Positions 43,401 through 53,159 of a DNA stretch of 64,000 nt are shown here, piece by piece (the stretch's first letter is position 1; each line of letters starts with the position of its first letter). Location: the IMG/VR virus record IMGVR_UViG_3300043571_000425; one strand, 5' to 3'. Under the pieces are notes generated by a model, which had not been told where the DNA came from, did not search any database, and saw nothing but the letters and a program-made list of their open reading frames with translations. The position numbers and the translations under genes are program-made. The stretch comes from a virus.

Positions 43401-46400
43401 TGGAGTCAAAGAAATGGCTACAAGATTTATTAGGAGTTGAAGAGAATTTATTTGGTAATACCAAAGCATTTACTAAATACAATAAAAAAACAGGGCGTGA
43501 ATTATTCTCAGTCCTTAACACTCAATCTGGGAATGATTTTCAATTAGGGCATTCAGTCCATTCTGAATTAATTGGTGGTAATCCCTACATTCAAACGCAC
43601 CGATTGGATGGGAAAGGGCTGGATGATTTAACAGACTTAGCAACAAACCCTTATATTGCATCTAAAGGCAATTTTGGGCAATTCTTGAATCACCCTAAAA
43701 TTCAAGAATACGTTTTAGGCGGTAGTCAACAAAATCAACAACCGTCTGGATTATTAGGACAATTATTACCAGCATTAAAGAAAGATTTAGGCAGCAATCC
43801 CATACTCACAAATCTATTCAGTAGTGCTACAAAAGCAATTGGTAAAGGTGGCAGTTTCAAAGATATTGGTACTAATCTAATAACGTCATTTGGGCAGGGT
43901 ATTTTATCATCAGATGATGGTGTTTTTGGAATACTTGGAACTTTTGCTAAGTCTGCAATTGGTTTAGTTAAAAAGATTTTTGGTATTGCATCACCATCTA
44001 AGATATTTCATTGGATAGGATTGATGCTTGGGCTAGGATTGGAAGAAGGTGCAATGTCTTCTTTGTCTAAGGCAAATCAAAAAATAACTGGTTCAGTAAA
44101 AGCTACGACAAATAACGCAAAAACAATAATTCAGGGGGATCATTCACTTGGATTAATTGGGAACATACCCCTAGGCGTTAAAAAAGAAGTTTCAATAGGC
44201 AATCAAGTACAGGGGGCTGACGGCACTGTGTCTGGTAGTGCTGGGTATGTAAAAAACGTTCCTTACACAATAAATGACTTACGGAATCACGTAGGAGATA
44301 TACTATCTGCTAACAAAAATTACGGGACTTCGGTAGTACCAGGACTGAGTGGTATCTTGGAAAATAATTTATTTCCGACTTTTAGCAAGGCGTTTAAAAC
44401 AATAAAGTCTTCTCCTGTTTATACTCAAAAAAATCAACAAAAAAATCCTCAAGCTGTATATGCTGCAACACCAAATATTCACTCACAGCCTACGATACTA
44501 AACCACGCTCAACATGCATTTAACACATTATCAAGTATTCACTCACAGCCCACTAGGTTAAACGCACCTCAGCAATCACAAGCTACAGTTTTACAGCCTA
44601 CCAATACAATTTTACAGCCCTTACAGTCAAATACTCTAAGACAGGCTAATACAGTTTTACAGCCTACCAATACAATTTTACAGCCCTTACAGTCAAATAC
44701 TCTAAGACAGGCTAATACAGTTTTACAGCCTAATTGGATGTTCCACAATCCAACAAGTCCCCAAACCGTATCTGCTGCTATCCCCCTACAGCAAATTACG
44801 CAGCTAGGGACTGAATTAGGGAATAACGTAATTTCCGCAGTCGGGAACAGCATTAAACAGACAAGGGGGTTAAGCTATCCAACATTAGGGCAATATATGA
44901 GAAATGCCGTAGTTGCTGCGGGTTCTGCTATGTCAGGGTCACTTATGGGGATGTTAGGAGGGCATTTAAAAACCTTCTTCCCCATGATCATGAAAGTTGC
45001 TTTACCAATGGCAGGTGTAGCGGCGTTGAAACTTGGTGACGGCATTACAGGCAACTTACTGAAAAATGGAATATTCAAGCAAGGCGGATTTTTAACCGAA
45101 TTACTCAGTGCTTTTAGTGGCATTAAACTGGGTTCTATGGGTGGTGCAGGTATTAAATCTGCGATTACCGGGATTACACAGTTTTTGGGCGTATTTCCGA
45201 TGCTGTCACCATTGGCAAGAATTGGATCAATGGCTGCTAATGCGGGTGTAGTGGCTCACGATGTTTTTAGTGGTGGCAACGGGGGACGGAAATCAGTTAA
45301 TACAGTTTTAGAAAACAAGACTACTGAAAACCTGAAAGAAGCGGGTTTAAACTCTACAGGAAATTCCACCGCAGATTTAGTAGAGAATTTGGCAGAAACT
45401 ACCGTCGGTGCTTTGTTTAGGATGATTGGGTTCGATGGTGTAAAAGCATCCGCCGTACAAGCATTAATCAAGGGTAAAGTTAAGCAACATTCTGAACAAA
45501 TCGCTAACGCCGTTGGTGGTGTTGGTAACGGTCAAATATCCGCATTGATAGATGGATACGTAAAAGGCGATTCTACCCAATTGGCGGGTACAGCGGAATC
45601 CATGCTCAAAAACATGGGTATCACCGGATTGGACTCTAAGCAAATTAAGCTTGCTGCTAATGCAATTACGGCTACCCTATCAGGTCTTCATGCCAAATTC
45701 GGACAGGAAGGATTTGGACTTGGTGAGTCAATTAATAAGGGATTTAGAAAATCTTTAGCAAATCTAGCTAACGCCAAAGATGATCTAGAATACAACCTCA
45801 AAAAGGCTGTAGGAAAAGCCAGCGCAGGTGACGTAATCGGCAACATCTTCAAACGGATGTCACGCGGTTTCGTTGTTGACAAGGGGATGTTTGATGAAAT
45901 GTGGAATCAGGTGGGAGCATCCTTTAAAAAAGGTGCTTTCAAAGGCATGAGTGGCAACGAACAAGAGGGAATGTTCGGGAATATGATGGGATTCATGGCA
46001 TCCGCTACAGCTATGTTTGCGCCGATTACCGCAATGGCTGCATCTCTAGCTCCTTTATTCCTCCCTCTAATGCCTATAATCGCGGGTATTGGCGGTGCTA
46101 TCAGGATGGTAATGCCCCAATTGAGCAAGCTGTTTGAGGGTATGCAACGGGTAGAAACCTTGCAACGCCGATTCACCTTTTTGGGTGGCTCTAAAGCGGG
46201 CGGTATCGCCGAATTGAACTACGCCAAGGGTGTCGCCAATCAAATGAATGTTCCGTCAGAAGTTGCGGCCAACTCATATTCTCAGTTGGCAATTGCGTCC
46301 AAAGGAACAAAGATGGAGGGGCAAGGCGTAAAAGACTTGTTTGAAGGTATCACCGCTTCCCTAAGTGCTTTAGGCATCAGCGGTCAAGATGCCTCCCTGG

Positions 46401-49400
46401 TATTTATGGCATACACTCAGATCATGGCAAAAGGCAAGCTGTCAATGGAAGAATTGAGACAGCAGTTAGGCGAGAAATTCCCACCGGCAATGGGTGTATT
46501 TGCTAAAGCAATGGGTGTTTCTGTGGCAGAAATGAATGATTTAGTCGCAAGCGGTTCTATTCTGTCACAGGATATTTTACCCAAGGTCGCCAAAGTCTTA
46601 AAGCTGGATTACGGTAAATCAGCTTCAGGTAGTGCCGACAGCCTAGTTTTGGCACTTACTAAACTTGGTAACGTAGGGTTTGAAATCACTTCAATATTTA
46701 CTGATAAACTATCTGGAGCGCTTGCAGGGATTGTTAATTTTGCATCGAACGGACTGGGGTTTCTAAAAGATTCTCTAGGTACTTTGATCCCATTAGGGCA
46801 ATCTTTTGTAATCGGTTTTACCGCAACGATAGCGGTAGGATTGACGGTCATGATGACAAAAATTAAGCCTGTAGTAGTGCTATTGGGAACTCTACAAAGC
46901 CTTGTATTATCAACCTTTTCAGCGATTGCATCCAATTTAATGCCAATGATCATAGGCATAACCTCAGACGTTGCAGACGGTTGGTTAGGGGCTGAAAGTG
47001 ATTTGATGCAAAACATGACGCGCGGGTTCACCAATATGTTTACCGGATTGTTTTCGGCAATTGATTCCGGTGTCCGTGCCATGTCAGGCAAACCACTATT
47101 TGCTGAAGGTTTAATCGGTGGTAAAGGTGTAAATCTAATAGTCGCTGGTATAGATGCTATCAAGGGAGCGTTGGGTGCGGTGTTTTCGATTATTCCCCCT
47201 GGAGTCGTTGAACTTGGGGCGTTGGTGTTCATGCTTGAGCAAGCGATCGCTCTTGGAAGTATGGCACTTGGTCCGGCGTTAGTCGGTGGCGGAAAAGCAT
47301 TATTGGGAATGGTAGTAGGCATCAAAAACGCTTTCATCGGAACAGTTGGGACGGTGAAGATTTGGGGTGAGTTAATGATGACCTCAATGAACGCTGGTGC
47401 AGTAGCTACAGAAAAAGCAGCGGCTAGAGCGATGATTGCTAATCAAGGTTGGAAAATGAGTCTGATAGCACTCAGATCAATGGCTACTCACGTGGCTATT
47501 GCGATGGGTATCTTGATGTTTTCCAAAGGTGATTTCAGCAATCCACTGGGTGACAAGATTGGCGAAACTAGCAAGAAAGTTACAGTAAATCTAAATAACA
47601 TGAAATCGGCTGCTTTATCGCTGGGTGAGGCGTTTGATAAAGCCGCTGGACAGTTGGTGAACTTAAACAATAAATTGACGGATACCCTGCCATCTAAAGG
47701 CGTACAGCTTGATATTCGTAACTTCTGGGATAAGACGAAAAGCACTACTTCAGATGATTTGATTCGGAATAGTAACCGCGCAGAAGTTGAAAGACGACAA
47801 CGCGAAAAAGACGGCAAGCAAACTTTTGGCGATAAAGCCTTAAACGTTGCGGACAAAGCTCTAAAATACAGCGGGATTACAACACCAATGTATTTGTACA
47901 ACTCTTGGTTAAGCGATCGCTTAGTCCCAAAAACGGACGATGCAACGATTGATTTAGTCAAGAAATACGGACTAGAAAAATATATTGCCCCTGACAAAAA
48001 CCTACGGGTTGATATGGCGCAATCCCAAGTAATCAAGGCTTTGCAGGATTCAGAAGCTAACACCAAAGCATTAGCAAGCACCTATTCTAAATTAGGACTA
48101 ACGAAACAGACTCAACAAAATTATTTAATCCCTGAAAAAATGGGTCCAGTCAGCAACACTTTTGATATTGACGCGCAGATTAAAGCCGCTAACGACAAAA
48201 TAGCGCGGCTTAATGAATTAGATAAAAAATATACTTTTTATCAAAGCAGTAGAGCTGATGGAAGAATCTCAAAAGAAGAGGATCTATCAGGTTTTAGTTT
48301 TGGCGGAAAAACAGCAAATCCAGAAAGAATAATCAGGGGTGATTTGGATATTGAAAAAAACATTATCAGGGAACAAATAAAACAACTTGAAAACCAGCGT
48401 GCATCAACAGCCCAAGGTGTGGAACGGTTCAAATCTAACAAAGAAATTCAACTGATTGACGCGCAGATTTTAGCTAGAGTTAAGCGTGGTGTACAACTTG
48501 AAAAAGCCAACCCTTCTGATGCTACAAGAAAGGAGCTTGGTGGAATTGATACCGCAGTCCTGGAACTCAAAACCAGACGGGAGAAAATCATCAATGGCAT
48601 GGGTTCAGATGTCAAAGACGCAAAAGAAACCCTTGATATATTAGAACAGCACAAGAAAGACATCCTGGATGGTGCTGATGAAGCCACTAAATCATTTAAC
48701 ATCCAAATCCGGCGAGCGATCGCCAAAAACATAGATCAGCAAATTGAGCTTGCTAAAAATGCTTTTGACATTGCACAAAAATCCGTACCCGCGCAGTTTG
48801 GAGACGACCTGTACAAAAATGCAGCTAACAAGTTACGAGACACACAAATTGCATTTGATAGGACTTCCAGTGCTGATAAAATTGCATCTGCAACCTTCAG
48901 GGCATCGGTTAATAGTTCTTCTGAAAGATCCGCTAATGTAGCCCCTATTCTGGCGAATAGACAAGTTGCTGATTTAGAAAAACAGCAGAAAGAATTAGAC
49001 AATTTAACATCTCGCAAAAAAGAAACTATTGACGCTTATGCAGCTATTCTCAGATATGGTGCGAACAAAGATGTTAAAGATGAACTAGAAAAACTCAAAG
49101 CCGAAGTTTTAAAAGATGATGAAAGCTTGGCTCAACTACAAGATGATGTTGCTACAGCAAAGCGCGGTATCCGTCAAACTTTAGTGGATCAAACTAAGCA
49201 AGTAGCCGACTATTACCGCACCGCAGTTAGAGAAGCTCAAGCTGTTAGCATCGAGTTCCAAAAAGCCCAAAAGACCCTTGAGAACTCCAGAATGCAAAAC
49301 AAACTGAGAGAGGCTTTAATAGGTGCTGGCGATAACATCTACACTCAGTTTATTGAAGGAATTATTAATATAATTTCGCAAACAACTGAGATTGAAAAAC

Positions 49401-52400
49401 AACAATTAGAAGCCAGGAAACAACGCATTGACTATGAGAATAATATTGAGGATATCCGGTTACAAGCGGCAGAATTACAGCGCAGCTTACCAGGGAAGAT
49501 AATTCCGCTAGATTCTAGCATGGCGGATAATTTTAATCTCAGTCTTGAGGAGATAAACGGCACGGTTAACACGATTAACAACAGTGTTAAAAATGTCGCA
49601 AATACCCTGTCGAATGACGTTGTAGATGCCGCTAAAAAAGCTAATACTGAACTGGATAAACTGAACCAAAGTATCAAAACCATTGACAATAGCAGCAATT
49701 CATGGATAGAAGGTTTTGGCAGTAAGTTTGCTGATTTGACTAAATCACTTGAAAACGGTTTTGATGGTGTTGGAAATGCGATCGCTGATATGACACTAAA
49801 AACCTCTAGCTGGTTAGCGTCAATGGCTACCGGACAAGGTTTGTTGCAGAATTTAGCAGGTGGCGTTAAATCGGTAGTTAGTGGCGTATTTGGACAACAA
49901 GCGGGACAGCAATTAGATCAGGGTGTTCAGCAGCTTGCTAGTAATCCGATTGGGGCTATCAATAACTTCTTGGGCGCAAAAAACAAAATTCTCTCCCCAA
50001 TCCAAGGAACTACAGTAGAAGATTTACTTAGGTACAAGCCGTCGTATCAGCAGGGCTTTTATGGAAGTAGAGACAAAGGTGCGAGACAACACAGCAAGGT
50101 GGATTTCGACTCACGCGCCAAAGCCGGACAAAATGCTGAAATAATTGCCAGCCTACCGGGTACAGCTACAGCTAAAAAATGGACTGGCAATAGCGGCGGC
50201 GTGTTCATTAATAGTATTTTGCCATCAGGTCAAAAAATAACCCTGGAATACGGGCATCTGTCACTTGAGAGCATTAAAAAGACTTTTGGTGGACAGCTTG
50301 GCAAAAGTATTGAGGTTCAGGCGGGGCAAAAACTAGGCAACGTGATTCATGATGCTTTATCATCTGGTCCACATTTAGATTTTGGGGTGAGACTGAATGG
50401 TAAATACATTGAACCTCAGAAATTCTTGCAAGATTTCATGGGTGGTAAATATGGTGGGGTGGTAAGTGGAAAAACCATGCAACAGCGTCAACCAGTCCCC
50501 AAAGTCCCGCCCATTCCCGGTCTAGATCCACGCATAGATACCAAATTCCTGCAAACTGTAGCTAATATAGCTCAAAGCGTAGGAGCGAAACCTGAAGACC
50601 TGCTCAAAACAATGCTGTATGAAACAGGTGGTACACTTTCACCATCTGCCAGAAACAGCCGCACCAGTGCCACAGGCTTAATTCAGTTCATGCCAGCTAC
50701 AGCTAGAGGGCTGGGAACGAATATCAACGCTTTAGCACAAATGAGTCCACAAGATCAATTAGTATTTGTTCAAAAATATTTGAAACAAAATAGTAGGGGG
50801 CAAAAACTGGACTCTTTTAGAAAAGTTTTGTCAACTGTTTTTGCTGGTAATCCTAACGCTTCATTGGGAATAGGTGATGGGGACATTACCCTTGGTAATT
50901 ACCTCAAAAAAGCAGAAAGCCGATATGGAAACACAGCACGACAATTAACACAAATTGCTATGCAAGGCGGAGCAATAGACCCAAATTCAATGCAGCAAGC
51001 GGTAACTCAAGCGGGTAGACTCAAGTTAAATACAGCAGCCCAGCAACTCCAAACCAACCAAATCAACAGCAATTTAACTCCTGAACAAATTAGAGAAAAT
51101 GAACTGAGGCAAAGGTTAGAAGCTTACAGATTTATTAGATCAACTCGAAAATCGGCATTGGGAGACATCAGCAGCACGAAAGATTCCACATTAGGAACGC
51201 AAAGAACCGTATTAGAGGGACTATCCCCTAATATGAGCAATGCTGACAGATTTGGAATTCAGCTTGCCGATTTGCGCCGAAAAATAGAGAAGGATATGGA
51301 GGCACTACAGCAGATTATTGATGATACGGATGGAGCGATCGCACAAAAACCAGATTTACAGGCTGCTTTTAATTTGGCGATGAAGAAATTCCCCAATGAT
51401 CCAAAGTTAGCGGCTGATGCAGTTAAAGCAAATGATCTGACTTTCAAAGCGACAGCGTTCCGTAATGCAGAAGCCAAAAAGGATCTGGCTTTCTTGAAAT
51501 CTAATGCTGACGACATACTCAAAGCGTCAATAGCAGATTTTGACAAAAAAGAATTTTTCAGATTAAGTGAACAGGATATAGCGCAACAAACGAAGGTTAT
51601 TGAGCAACTACAACAACAGCTACAGTCAATACAAAAATTAGAAGAGATTGACCCGCTGAATCCGTTAGTTTTAAAGATTCCGTCACTCCAGAAAAATATT
51701 GACTTACTATCATTAAACCGTGACCAATACCAACAATTGCTAGACCTCCAAAAACGGTATTACGAAGGTGGTGGTAAGGGTGGCAACATGAGCGAAGAGG
51801 CTTATCAGAAGGAATTTAAAGCCATCCTCAATGTTAATTCTGTCAAAAAAGAAGGCATTGATCTTAACTTCAATTATGCCAATACGGTTAAGAAGATTGA
51901 GCAGGCACAAGTTGAATTAGATACGTCAAGCAAAATGTTTGACCTTTTGAATCAGAATAAATTTGATCTCCGTTCCTCAAACATTGAAACGCTAAAAAGT
52001 GGAATGGCGAATGAATTTTATACTAATCGCCTAACAAGAGATTTGGAGACAGAAAAGGAGATGGAACGCGCCCGGCGTGCCAAAGAACAATTAGCAATTG
52101 ATGTCAATGAATATAATCTTAAATTCCCAGAAAATGCTTTTAATGCAGATCAAATCAAGGAAATGACCGCCGCATTGGATGAATTGAATAAGAAAAAATT
52201 AGACGACATCACCAGATCGGCGAAAACTTTTGATATGGCATTAAAGGAGATGTTCCAGGAGAATCTAATCAATGGATTGACATCTGGATTCACTGAGTTA
52301 ATAAACGGCACTAAATCTTTTGGTGACGTGCTTAACGACTTAGCGAATAACATTTTAAATGGGGTGCTAAATATTGCTCTGAACTCATTACTTAAAGGTG

Positions 52401-52834
52401 CGTTCGGTGGAGGCGGGCTGTTTAACTTCAACAAAGGTGGTAAAGTCCCCAACTATGCCGACGGTGGAGTAATTGGGGCAATTGGTGATGCACTTCAAAG
52501 GGAGCGTCAAGCATCAGGAGTAAAACCAGTATTAGCGGCGTTGACTCCGGGTGAAAGGGTGCTAACGGTACGCCAGAACAAACGGTTTGAGGAATTGCAA
52601 ATGGAACGGGTTCTCAATTACGCCGGAGGTGGCGTGGTTGGCGGTTCAGTTCCCAACATGAACTTTACCGCTCCCAGTCAATCATCAACCGTTAATGTCA
52701 ATGTACCCGTCAATGTGAATGGGGGACAGGGTGATACATCTGTTAATGTGCCACAACTACAAAACGCCGTCCGGTCTGCGGTATTGTCAGAAATTCAGAA
52801 ACAGCAAAGGCCAGGTGGTGCGTTGAATAAGTAG
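40478..52834 (+). CDS. giant tape measure protein (4118 aa) with M23 peptidase-like and SLT-like domains
   Basis: The track start TTG 40427 lies inside the last CRISPR repeat, so ATG 40478 (MNLGELIVDLSLDYAEFNQSLEQAKKA) is preferred. The protein has long helical and Gly/Ala hydrophobic tracts typical of tape measure proteins. An M23-like block (QHSKVDFD...EYGHLS...GPHLDFGV) lies at about 50020-50430. An SLT-like block (LYETGGTLSPSARNSRTSATGLIQFMPATARGLG) lies at about 50530-50950. Confidence 0.8.
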   Translation: MNLGELIVDLSLDYAEFNQSLEQAKKAASSAAASIEKSFQKLSLSVDIDDKSLTDLNQHINISVQHLKQANTFFRNNPITTYVNDDSLTDLNEHLNVKVRHLKEVNHFYAQNPITVRTNTGQLDELEERLDRLGNRKVTMEVDTIVLNQYQDKTAEVVEQAISNAIRQMQVPQSSGQSAQQSPQSQQNRVQRVQLGLDPLRSIGEGVFENVGKQLSKGVGSSMQDSLGVDMKSFTQIASNSVLRYFGVGKKAQKDPKNNKSKIKSIVEDAIKDYSTAVDKGSGSIRGELDDVDLSSVDAIARNSLLRYFGVGKKAQSDPKNNQAKIKSIIEDAVKQYSGTDVKKENSGVISNTFSEINKAFSETVNKGVQGIAERAKLATIKEVRRASTNVLANSSSGVRDSVNGLFDAAESGKKGSVSQYIGRGLASQSRKAVEGTFSNLFPTVAPIVKEFLATGNKPPVEKQAPKQRPADGLLEAANQLKEAAKAISESAIKVQSVAPVIHEQIADPWGSADLTPVQIPLKPAKQKTKKQEPEPELVLLELPQQTQQHFKTLNAEVGKNTAKSLEFLKATTQENIKQQTTQSIANIKAALAAINQYFKTEYKQVKDAVDNAKSTGHIDDINAARSAAKNYQRRLSGAVKEIDRIVKSGEDAGFSKEFGSELSQVHATGKGQLVASDKRVGQQLGGLNLLEANQFKKDVKTYTELAKKAGIEIDAGLIKGLDIGSAGVTAETRDLLNGLIATVKKTMGIQSPSWVMMGIGAMIAAGLGLGIKNGVVDVSSAVGLLTDAIGDGLKDIQSIPSEGIEAYNQALENAVSDKSELTKKVFEEAKGASKATLPGMVLGTTMMGVANAGLVPKSIETPLRHLGAFYQGKAGVHQMNPQLAREAEIATIFNMMQLAEKGDGYFPDSGFVGMVKHKTLPTLAHTLGGFNYTQNKDKGLQINDVYDWHQDTNTDKNTPFKLPKNLGSKIYKFLESKKWLQDLLGVEENLFGNTKAFTKYNKKTGRELFSVLNTQSGNDFQLGHSVHSELIGGNPYIQTHRLDGKGLDDLTDLATNPYIASKGNFGQFLNHPKIQEYVLGGSQQNQQPSGLLGQLLPALKKDLGSNPILTNLFSSATKAIGKGGSFKDIGTNLITSFGQGILSSDDGVFGILGTFAKSAIGLVKKIFGIASPSKIFHWIGLMLGLGLEEGAMSSLSKANQKITGSVKATTNNAKTIIQGDHSLGLIGNIPLGVKKEVSIGNQVQGADGTVSGSAGYVKNVPYTINDLRNHVGDILSANKNYGTSVVPGLSGILENNLFPTFSKAFKTIKSSPVYTQKNQQKNPQAVYAATPNIHSQPTILNHAQHAFNTLSSIHSQPTRLNAPQQSQATVLQPTNTILQPLQSNTLRQANTVLQPTNTILQPLQSNTLRQANTVLQPNWMFHNPTSPQTVSAAIPLQQITQLGTELGNNVISAVGNSIKQTRGLSYPTLGQYMRNAVVAAGSAMSGSLMGMLGGHLKTFFPMIMKVALPMAGVAALKLGDGITGNLLKNGIFKQGGFLTELLSAFSGIKLGSMGGAGIKSAITGITQFLGVFPMLSPLARIGSMAANAGVVAHDVFSGGNGGRKSVNTVLENKTTENLKEAGLNSTGNSTADLVENLAETTVGALFRMIGFDGVKASAVQALIKGKVKQHSEQIANAVGGVGNGQISALIDGYVKGDSTQLAGTAESMLKNMGITGLDSKQIKLAANAITATLSGLHAKFGQEGFGLGESINKGFRKSLANLANAKDDLEYNLKKAVGKASAGDVIGNIFKRMSRGFVVDKGMFDEMWNQVGASFKKGAFKGMSGNEQEGMFGNMMGFMASATAMFAPITAMAASLAPLFLPLMPIIAGIGGAIRMVMPQLSKLFEGMQRVETLQRRFTFLGGSKAGGIAELNYAKGVANQMNVPSEVAANSYSQLAIASKGTKMEGQGVKDLFEGITASLSALGISGQDASLVFMAYTQIMAKGKLSMEELRQQLGEKFPPAMGVFAKAMGVSVAEMNDLVASGSILSQDILPKVAKVLKLDYGKSASGSADSLVLALTKLGNVGFEITSIFTDKLSGALAGIVNFASNGLGFLKDSLGTLIPLGQSFVIGFTATIAVGLTVMMTKIKPVVVLLGTLQSLVLSTFSAIASNLMPMIIGITSDVADGWLGAESDLMQNMTRGFTNMFTGLFSAIDSGVRAMSGKPLFAEGLIGGKGVNLIVAGIDAIKGALGAVFSIIPPGVVELGALVFMLEQAIALGSMALGPALVGGGKALLGMVVGIKNAFIGTVGTVKIWGELMMTSMNAGAVATEKAAARAMIANQGWKMSLIALRSMATHVAIAMGILMFSKGDFSNPLGDKIGETSKKVTVNLNNMKSAALSLGEAFDKAAGQLVNLNNKLTDTLPSKGVQLDIRNFWDKTKSTTSDDLIRNSNRAEVERRQREKDGKQTFGDKALNVADKALKYSGITTPMYLYNSWLSDRLVPKTDDATIDLVKKYGLEKYIAPDKNLRVDMAQSQVIKALQDSEANTKALASTYSKLGLTKQTQQNYLIPEKMGPVSNTFDIDAQIKAANDKIARLNELDKKYTFYQSSRADGRISKEEDLSGFSFGGKTANPERIIRGDLDIEKNIIREQIKQLENQRASTAQGVERFKSNKEIQLIDAQILARVKRGVQLEKANPSDATRKELGGIDTAVLELKTRREKIINGMGSDVKDAKETLDILEQHKKDILDGADEATKSFNIQIRRAIAKNIDQQIELAKNAFDIAQKSVPAQFGDDLYKNAANKLRDTQIAFDRTSSADKIASATFRASVNSSSERSANVAPILANRQVADLEKQQKELDNLTSRKKETIDAYAAILRYGANKDVKDELEKLKAEVLKDDESLAQLQDDVATAKRGIRQTLVDQTKQVADYYRTAVREAQAVSIEFQKAQKTLENSRMQNKLREALIGAGDNIYTQFIEGIINIISQTTEIEKQQLEARKQRIDYENNIEDIRLQAAELQRSLPGKIIPLDSSMADNFNLSLEEINGTVNTINNSVKNVANTLSNDVVDAAKKANTELDKLNQSIKTIDNSSNSWIEGFGSKFADLTKSLENGFDGVGNAIADMTLKTSSWLASMATGQGLLQNLAGGVKSVVSGVFGQQAGQQLDQGVQQLASNPIGAINNFLGAKNKILSPIQGTTVEDLLRYKPSYQQGFYGSRDKGARQHSKVDFDSRAKAGQNAEIIASLPGTATAKKWTGNSGGVFINSILPSGQKITLEYGHLSLESIKKTFGGQLGKSIEVQAGQKLGNVIHDALSSGPHLDFGVRLNGKYIEPQKFLQDFMGGKYGGVVSGKTMQQRQPVPKVPPIPGLDPRIDTKFLQTVANIAQSVGAKPEDLLKTMLYETGGTLSPSARNSRTSATGLIQFMPATARGLGTNINALAQMSPQDQLVFVQKYLKQNSRGQKLDSFRKVLSTVFAGNPNASLGIGDGDITLGNYLKKAESRYGNTARQLTQIAMQGGAIDPNSMQQAVTQAGRLKLNTAAQQLQTNQINSNLTPEQIRENELRQRLEAYRFIRSTRKSALGDISSTKDSTLGTQRTVLEGLSPNMSNADRFGIQLADLRRKIEKDMEALQQIIDDTDGAIAQKPDLQAAFNLAMKKFPNDPKLAADAVKANDLTFKATAFRNAEAKKDLAFLKSNADDILKASIADFDKKEFFRLSEQDIAQQTKVIEQLQQQLQSIQKLEEIDPLNPLVLKIPSLQKNIDLLSLNRDQYQQLLDLQKRYYEGGGKGGNMSEEAYQKEFKAILNVNSVKKEGIDLNFNYANTVKKIEQAQVELDTSSKMFDLLNQNKFDLRSSNIETLKSGMANEFYTNRLTRDLETEKEMERARRAKEQLAIDVNEYNLKFPENAFNADQIKEMTAALDELNKKKLDDITRSAKTFDMALKEMFQENLINGLTSGFTELINGTKSFGDVLNDLANNILNGVLNIALNSLLKGAFGGGGLFNFNKGGKVPNYADGGVIGAIGDALQRERQASGVKPVLAALTPGERVLTVRQNKRFEELQMERVLNYAGGGVVGGSVPNMNFTAPSQSSTVNVNVPVNVNGGQGDTSVNVPQLQNAVRSAVLSEIQKQQRPGGALNK
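44585..44732. repeat. perfect 66-bp tandem repeat, 2.2 copies, inside the tape measure gene
   Basis: The unit ACAGTTTTACAGCCTACCAATACAATTTTACAGCCCTTACAGTCAAATACTCTAAGACAGGCTAAT occurs at 44585-44650 and 44651-44716, with a partial third copy to 44732. It encodes (TVLQPTNTILQPLQSNTLRQAN)x2. Confidence 0.9.
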
Positions 52835-53155
52835 TTATCGAGACCGCATTAACACAAACTCTACTTCCCAATTCCGATCATCTAATTCTTGTTGGGAAAA
52901 AACGGCTGCCCCTCTATTTCCTACTCCAATGCTGTAAAACCTTGATTTTGGTATGTTTTTGATGCTGAAAGAAAAGATACATCTAACACCAGAGTCTTCT
53001 GTTGGACGCTTGCCAAGTCCAGTAGATCCTGAAGTAATTATCTTTTCTTGCTCATCTTTCACAATCACAGGCATTGGTCTGGTTACATTTCTAAACCTTT
53101 CTGTTCCATAACAGTCATCGTCCGTTCCTTTAATACCAGCCGCTAATGTTTTCAT
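52835..53155 (-). CDS. hypothetical protein
   Basis: Trimmed to ATG 53155 (MKTLAAGIKG), 4 nt after the KilA-N gene stop. The longer track ORF overlaps that gene by 140 nt. The stop codon abuts the tape measure stop with 0 nt between them. Confidence 0.45.
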   Translation of the reverse strand: MKTLAAGIKGTDDDCYGTERFRNVTRPMPVIVKDEQEKIITSGSTGLGKRPTEDSGVRCIFSFSIKNIPKSRFYSIGVGNRGAAVFSQQELDDRNWEVEFVLMRSR

Positions 53156-53159
53156 TGTT

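Noticed and set aside
46609-47337. 242-aa minus-strand ORF, and other antisense ORFs (for example 47488..48081 and 45907..46176), inside the tape measure gene
   Set aside because: They lie wholly antisense to a continuous 12.4-kb ORF in Gly/Ala-rich regions where the complementary strand is stop-poor. Their peptides are low-complexity, and no starts or SD contexts are seen.
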